A stretch of 61,622 bases of DNA from Candidatus Peregrinibacteria bacterium CG2_30_44_17 (GTDB lineage: Bacteria > Patescibacteriota > Gracilibacteria > UBA1369 > UBA12470): positions 1-61,622 of the forward strand of contig MNZJ01000037.1 of the NCBI GenBank assembly GCA_001873565.1. Reading direction: 5' to 3'. Under the pieces are notes generated by a model. The model did no database searches and had not been told where the DNA came from. It saw nothing but the letters and a program-made list of their open reading frames with translations. Position numbers and translations under genes: made by a program. Positions 56,387-61,622 of the stretch are shown piece by piece. Position 1 is the first letter of the stretch. The number at the start of each line of letters is the position of its first letter.

Positions 56387-56676
56387 AAAAAAAGATGAAA
56401 AAACATCCTGGGAGCTGTTAACGTAACCAGCTTCTAATATCCGAATCTTTGGTAACTTTTTCCAAGTCTGGATGATCTGCCTCCCAAATTCCGATCTGGC
56501 TCCCACCACATTTCGCGGCCCAGTACTAGGGCTGCTCTCTTGCATGTTTCTCCTCTCTGGTCTGTTATGGCTCTGTGCATAGCTTTTGGAGGAACTAAGC
56601 GTTCAAGATGAGGTGGAAAGCTTCCGGTAGCCGCATAGTGTAGTTTTTAGTATCGGCAGTGTATTTTATTATATCA
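56387..56676 (-). ncRNA. Candidate structured leader/sRNA upstream of ssb
   Basis: Extended -10 TGATATAAT (56676-56668), several hairpins, and a terminator-like AGGATG-N6-CATCTT plus T-run (56409-56387). Confidence 0.4.
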
Positions 56677-56700
56677 ATGCCTTTAGGGCAAGGTTGTTTA

Positions 56701-56728
56701 TTGACGCCAATCCTGTATAGGCTATACT
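56701..56728 (+). promoter_or_regulatory. sigma70-type promoter TTGACG-N16-TATACT
   Basis: Located 24 nt upstream of the ATG at 56753. Confidence 0.65.
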
Positions 56729-56752
56729 TTTACGCCTTAACTTACTTATATT

Positions 56753-57885
56753 ATGAGTTTTTCACAGGCGACAGGATTGCATGATCAGTGGCAAGGCACG
56801 GTTGGACGAACATTTGATGTTGGTACTCCCGACAATGGCAAAGAAAAGCCGATGCAGCGTCACTATCTGGAAGGAAAAGGAGATTTTGATTTCGATGATC
56901 AGCAGTATAGCTTCCATGTCTCGTATTTAGATCTGCCTGAGCCAAATCAGTCTATGCCTGTACCTGCAAGCAGGGTTATTACCGAAGTTGCGCCTGATCT
57001 AAATTCACCACATGACATCGTTGTTCCTGTCTTAATGGGCTGGGGTGAAACTTCCGCTCAAATGGAGGGATCGATGCTTAAATGTTTACTTAGGAGCCTT
57101 AAGAAGAATGGATACGCCAACCCTCAAGTTATTGGAGTTAACTGTGTCGGCAAAGGTACGCCAGCATATTTGTACGCGGATAATCAGAGCGAAATAGGAC
57201 TTGATGATGCGAGGGCTTTGGCAAAATACCTACACAAAACGGTCACCTTGGAGGCAACGTGTGCCTTGTAGGGCATTCTATGGGTAATCTGGCCGCATGT
57301 GCATTTTGGGAGCAGCTTAATGGTGCCAAAGAGGTAGAATCCGAGCGAGCGACTACTAATGTAAAGGTCAATAGACTCCTTGCGATGATGCCTGCTACAG
57401 ATCAAAGACTTGGTCTGATTCGTCCTGGATTTTTGTCGGCTGTAATGAGTCAAGTGTTGCCTGCGATTTATAAAGTTCTTATTGATCACACTGGTCTCGA
57501 TTTGGATTATGATGATTTTAAACGAATTATGTTCGAAGGGTCTATTCTAAATCAACGTACAGACTGGGTCCGTATAGTTCCAGATTCTGCCAAGAGGTTT
57601 TTGGAAGCGACTTTGATCTGGAACAGAAGGTTTGGTGATCTGTTCAAAGCGGCTGCTTCCGATCAAGATTTGGAAGTGCACATCTTTGGCGGAGGGAATG
57701 ACACTCTCATACCTCGCTCTATGCTCAAAGACTACCAATCTTATCTTGGCGATCAGGGCATCACTGCCGATATAACTTACGGCGAAAAGTTCTCACATTC
57801 GATACCGTTTGATATGAGCTTAGCTCAAGAGGAAGAGATGGGTGCTTTCTTTGATAAAGCGTTTCCCACCAAGCAGCCAGAGTAA
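56753..57885 (+). pseudogene. Alpha/beta hydrolase split by a -1 frameshift
   Basis: ORF1 carries the oxyanion-like LMGWGE. ORF2 carries GHSMG, GGGNDTLIP and FSHSIP. Adding one A in the A-run at 57236-57239 fuses them (..YLHKNGHLGGNVCLVGHSMG). Confidence 0.75.
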
Positions 57886-57924
57886 CTTGCTTTGAATCTT
57901 CTTTTCAGATAACTTCTTCTTGCT

Positions 57925-58473
57925 ATGTTTACAGGTATTATTAAATCTATCGGGAAGGTTGTCGAATCGAAAGCTGGCTATCTTGAAGTCCAGCATGACT
58001 TAAGGACTATTCCCGGCGATAGCATTGCTGTAAATGGCGTATGCTTAACTGTTAACAGAGATGGCTGCTTCGATGTCATGGACGAGACCTTGGGTTGTAC
58101 AAACATCGGCAGTCTCAAAACTGGAGACACTGTCAATCTAGAACCCGGAATGTCGCTTGCAGACAAGATTGATGGGCATCTGGTTTCTGGTCATGTCGAT
58201 TTCGTTTCTGAGGTAGTGTCTTTTGATGGCACGGTCCTTGAGGTCGTATTTCCCGCTGATTATGCGCGATTTTTTGCCGCCAAAGGGTCTGTCGCCATCA
58301 ACGGCGTTAGTCTTACGGTCACAGATGTTTCCGAGAACACTCTCTCGGTTTCTCTCGTCGGTTTTACGCTTGATCATACGAATCTCGGCTCGCTAACAGC
58401 CGGCTGCAAGGTCAATGTTGAAGTTGATTTAATTGCCAGATATCTTGACCGTATAGTTTCTTTAAAAAAATAA
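57925..58473 (+). CDS. ribE: Riboflavin synthase
   Basis: MFTGII, GDSIAVNGVCLT, GHLVSGHVD, KGSVAINGVSLT, VNVEVD. Confidence 0.95.
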   Translation: MFTGIIKSIGKVVESKAGYLEVQHDLRTIPGDSIAVNGVCLTVNRDGCFDVMDETLGCTNIGSLKTGDTVNLEPGMSLADKIDGHLVSGHVDFVSEVVSFDGTVLEVVFPADYARFFAAKGSVAINGVSLTVTDVSENTLSVSLVGFTLDHTNLGSLTAGCKVNVEVDLIARYLDRIVSLKK

Positions 58474-58475
58474 CC

Positions 58476-58856
58476 ATGATAGGAGTCGTTGTTGCCGAGT
58501 TTAATGATTTCATTACAGACAAACTTCTCTCCGAGTGCGAACGTGGACTCAATAAGCTTGGTCTTAAGTATGAAGTTGCGAAAGTCCCTGGCGCATTCGA
58601 AGTTCCTCTTGCCGCAAAGAAGATGTCAGAAAAGTGCGACATTGTTATCGCACTCGGCTGCGTTATAGAAGGAGGAACTAACCACTATGATATGGTTTGC
58701 CGTGCATGCACCGATGGTATTATGCAAGTGCAGCTCGAAACAGGCATCCCTATCGTTTTTGAAGTTCTTATGGTAAAAAAGATGGAGGATGCGGCAAAGC
58801 GTGTTTCGAAAGGATATGATGCCGCTAAAGTAGCTCATAAACTTCTACAGAAATGA
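58476..58856 (+). CDS. ribH: 6,7-dimethyl-8-ribityllumazine synthase
   Basis: AEFN..IT..L, VPGAFEVP, ALGCVI.G.T.HY. Confidence 0.95.
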   Translation: MIGVVVAEFNDFITDKLLSECERGLNKLGLKYEVAKVPGAFEVPLAAKKMSEKCDIVIALGCVIEGGTNHYDMVCRACTDGIMQVQLETGIPIVFEVLMVKKMEDAAKRVSKGYDAAKVAHKLLQK

Positions 58857-60031
58857 AAACTCTCCACGATTTAGACCCTAAAGACAAACGTGTTCTTGTC
58901 AGGGTGGATTTCAACGTTCCAATGGATAAGAATCGTGAAATCACAGACGACACGCGTATTAAGGCTGCCCTGCCTACTATAGAGTACCTCGCTGAGCGCT
59001 GTGCAAAGGTTATCATAATGTCTCACAGGGGACGCCCCAAGGGTCAACGCGTTGATGATCTCAGGCTGGATAAAGTTGCCGCAAGACTCGCCTCTTTGAC
59101 GAAATTCCCTGTTTCCGATGTTCACGACTGTATAGGTCCTGACGTTGAGGCTGCCGTCTCGTCGATGGAGCCTGGTGAAATATTACTCCTTGAGAATACT
59201 CGTTTTCACCATGGCGAAGAGATGAATGATGCCGAATTCACTAAGCAAATAGCCAAACTAGGCGACGCTTTCGTTAGTGATGCGTTTGGTGCGGTACATC
59301 GTGCTCATGCAACAACCGCTGGACTTGCCGATTTTCTCCCCGCCTATGCCGGTTTACTTCTTGAGCGCGAGATAGAGGTGCTTTCCTCTATACTCAAGGC
59401 TCCGAAGAAGCCCGTTGTGCTTATCATGGGTGGTGCCAAGATATATACAAAGATTGGCATACTCAAGAATTTCATAGACAAAGGCGATGCTTTCCTCATT
59501 GGTGGAGGACTTGCCAATACATTTCTTTATGCAGCCGGCTACAACGTAGGAGAATCGCTGTATGAGTCTGCGAAACGTGATATTGCCTGCGAGATCATGC
59601 TAGAGGCCGAGAAAGATATGGATCAATTTATTTTGCCCACTGATGTAGTAGTGGCTTCTCAAGCGTCGGAAACGGCAGAGACATTGACGATCCCTGTTTC
59701 TGATCTAGAAGGAGACATGAAAATATTCGATATTGGCAAAGAGACTATCACTCGCTTCTGTGACATTATTGCAAGAGCAGGTACTGTCATCTGGAATGGT
59801 CCTGTTGGTCTTTATGAAATGGCTCCATTCTCCGAAGGGACAAGAAGAATTGCCGAGGCTGTTGCTGACTGCGAAGGCACGACAATTATAGGTGGTGGAG
59901 ATACTATCGATGCTATTAATAAATTCGGTATAGCTCCAGAAAGATTTACACATATTTCAACAGGTGGAGGAGCTATGCTCGAACTACTCGAAGGCAAGAA
60001 GTTGCCTGGGATCGAAGTTCTTTCAAGATAA
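58853..60031 (+). CDS. pgk: Phosphoglycerate kinase
   Basis: RVDFNVP, SH.GRP, LENTRF, DAFG..HRAH, WNGPVG, GGGDT, HISTGGGA. Confidence 0.98.
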   Translation: MKTLHDLDPKDKRVLVRVDFNVPMDKNREITDDTRIKAALPTIEYLAERCAKVIIMSHRGRPKGQRVDDLRLDKVAARLASLTKFPVSDVHDCIGPDVEAAVSSMEPGEILLLENTRFHHGEEMNDAEFTKQIAKLGDAFVSDAFGAVHRAHATTAGLADFLPAYAGLLLEREIEVLSSILKAPKKPVVLIMGGAKIYTKIGILKNFIDKGDAFLIGGGLANTFLYAAGYNVGESLYESAKRDIACEIMLEAEKDMDQFILPTDVVVASQASETAETLTIPVSDLEGDMKIFDIGKETITRFCDIIARAGTVIWNGPVGLYEMAPFSEGTRRIAEAVADCEGTTIIGGGDTIDAINKFGIAPERFTHISTGGGAMLELLEGKKLPGIEVLSR

Positions 60032-60036
60032 TCCGT

Positions 60037-60453
60037 TTACTTTTCATTATTCTTTCGATCTATCCACGCTTGCAATATGATTTGGGCTGCTATTTCGTCG
60101 ATCTCAGAAAACTTCTTGAGCCCTTTGTCTATCAGAGCTCGTTCCGCCTGAATCGTACTTAAGCGTTCGTCAAAAGTCTCTATCGTGGCTCTAGGCATGT
60201 GGGTTTGCAGTCTCTCTATAAACCTCTTAGTTGCCTCTGTTTGAGGAGTCTCGTCGCCCTGCATGTTAGTTGGCAATCCTATGACTATAGTTTTTATACT
60301 CTCTTCAGTACATATTTTCTCGATCTCGCTCAACAAAGTTGCTTCCTTCTTAAAAGAGAAAGTCGTGCGTGGAAAAGCTATGCCGGAGTCGGTGTCGCCG
60401 ATAGCGACTCCCGTTCGACGTTTCCCATAGTCTAAGCCTAGAATTTTTGGCAT
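60037..60453 (-). CDS. ruvX: RuvX/YqgF RNase H-like protein
   Basis: LGLDYGKRRTGVA, VIGLP, DERLST, D..AA..ILQ. Confidence 0.93.
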   Translation of the reverse strand: MPKILGLDYGKRRTGVAIGDTDSGIAFPRTTFSFKKEATLLSEIEKICTEESIKTIVIGLPTNMQGDETPQTEATKRFIERLQTHMPRATIETFDERLSTIQAERALIDKGLKKFSEIDEIAAQIILQAWIDRKNNEK

Positions 60454-60460
60454 TATTTAT

Positions 60461-60910
60461 TTAGCTTAAAGCCCCCTCTACAACTACTGTAAGAGTAGCT
60501 GTGTGGCCACCTGGCAGCATCACTTTTATTTCGTACTCACCTACTTCTTTAAAATGATCCATCTTGATATTACTTTCGGCTAATTCAACCTTTAGCTGTT
60601 CTTTGATTGCCGCTATTACTTCTTTCTCCGTTACGGATGCGTAAAGCTTGCCTTTCTCGGAAGCCTTGTGTGTTACATTTACTGTTGCTCCCGATAATTT
60701 TTTCTCTACACTTGATGCGTTCTTCTCCAACTCTTCGAGACGCAATCCTTCTTCTGCTCGAATTTTGTTGATTGCTGCCATTCTGCTCTCTGTAGCATTT
60801 ACTGCGAGTCCTTTTGGCATTAAAAAATTGTGGAAGTATCCTGATTTTACGGTTTTAACTTCGTTTCTGTGTGCTACTCCAGGAACGTCTTGCGTGAATA
60901 TTACTTGCAT
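60461..60910 (-). CDS. rplI: 50S ribosomal protein L9
   Basis: MQVI...DV, VK.GY..NFL.PKGLA, GKLY.SVT. Confidence 0.95.
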   Translation of the reverse strand: MQVIFTQDVPGVAHRNEVKTVKSGYFHNFLMPKGLAVNATESRMAAINKIRAEEGLRLEELEKNASSVEKKLSGATVNVTHKASEKGKLYASVTEKEVIAAIKEQLKVELAESNIKMDHFKEVGEYEIKVMLPGGHTATLTVVVEGALS

Positions 60911-60949
60911 GTTTTTTAGGGTTTAGGGTTGTAGGGTTTTTGCTGATAT

Positions 60950-61622
60950 TTATTCGAAGTACCAATCTGCTATTGTTGCGAATCTGTCTGATGGGAATCT
61001 GATGTCTTCTATTACTACTCCCTGTACTCTTTCATCAACCAAGAAATAGTAACTTGGTGTGTATAGGAATACCGCTGGAATATCTTCTTCTATCGTTTCG
61101 GCCAGAGACTTAAGTAGCTCATCCTTCTCATCCGCATCAAATGTGCTTCTGATCCTCTCTATATACGCATCTGCATTCGGATTCCTGTAGTTTGAAAGAT
61201 TCAGTCCGTATTCTGTGGCCTGACTCGAATGCCAGTAAGAATAAGTGTCGAGATTATATCCTAAGTTCTGACCATATAAAAGCAAATCGTACTCTCTGTT
61301 TTGGATTTTTGATTGCAATGTCTCGTTATCATAACCTTCCACTACTACATCAATGCCAACCGCTGCTAACTGGCTCTTGATTATATCTACCGTCATGGAC
61401 GTTATTTCCTCCTGTTTTGAGCCTTCGTCGAAGACTCTGCGCAGCAATGTCAGAGTAAGTTTTTCGCCGTTTTTGTACCTAAAGCCGTCCTCGTCATCCA
61501 GATACCATCCTTCACCGTACAAAGCTCCCATAGCTTGCTCCTGATCAGCCTGATGTATCCACTCGTCCTGATTAAGCTCCAGCAGCGGAGTGTCTATAGT
61601 CTTCGTGTATCCTATCTGGTCT
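60950..61622 (-). CDS. Peptide ABC transporter substrate-binding protein, family 5 (5' end outside window)
   Basis: GW....DG.R.KNG..L.L.L, QL..VGI.V, YWHSSQ....LN.S.Y.N, D.PA.FLY. Confidence 0.85.
   Translation of the reverse strand, partial: DQIGYTKTIDTPLLELNQDEWIHQADQEQAMGALYGEGWYLDDEDGFRYKNGEKLTLTLLRRVFDEGSKQEEITSMTVDIIKSQLAAVGIDVVVEGYDNETLQSKIQNREYDLLLYGQNLGYNLDTYSYWHSSQATEYGLNLSNYRNPNADAYIERIRSTFDADEKDELLKSLAETIEEDIPAVFLYTPSYYFLVDERVQGVVIEDIRFPSDRFATIADWYFE

Noticed and set aside
56339-56545. 68-aa ORF with a GAGGAG Shine-Dalgarno-like sequence upstream of ssb
   Set aside because: It runs through hairpins and a terminator-like T-run and has no recognisable protein features; not excluded as a leader peptide, but unsupported.
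56387-56676. tmRNA or SRP RNA
   Set aside because: No tRNA-like ends or T-arm, no ALAA-type tag, and no CAGG..GNRA..AGCAG helix-8 motif.

Overview
A 61.6-kb, gene-dense chromosomal segment of a bacterium using the standard code (TGA = stop). Gene content and style point to Patescibacteria/CPR, probably Peregrinibacteria-like; this is an inference from the CPR-type pilins, the Cys-rich CPR family, Elp3 and the A/T-rich, mostly Shine-Dalgarno-free starts. Housekeeping genes include rpsB (partial), der, obgE, pth, rplU, rplI, tyrS, gatB, fmt, recG, uvrC, ruvX, lepB, coaE, pgk and two riboflavin genes. The window also holds glycosyltransferases, a type IV pilus operon, tRNA-Asp(GTC) and tRNA-Leu(CAA), and several MITE-like elements. 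No CRISPR array, rRNA or prophage was seen. The most notable observations are: (1) a head-to-head Elp3 + Trm9-like methyltransferase pair, suggesting an archaeal/eukaryotic-type mcm5U34 tRNA wobble pathway in a bacterium; (2) an 1888-aa orphan protein with a hydrophobic core resembling the large-clostridial-toxin translocation domain, next to a candidate structured ncRNA; (3) UvrC with a GNAT domain inserted in its RNase H-like domain; (4) a hairpin element bracketed by a duplicated tRNA-Leu 5' end; (5) a PocR-PAS-PAS-PAS sensor with no output domain; (6) a ~270-nt structured, terminated leader before a tail-less SSB. All family assignments come from motif recognition by eye; no searches were run.
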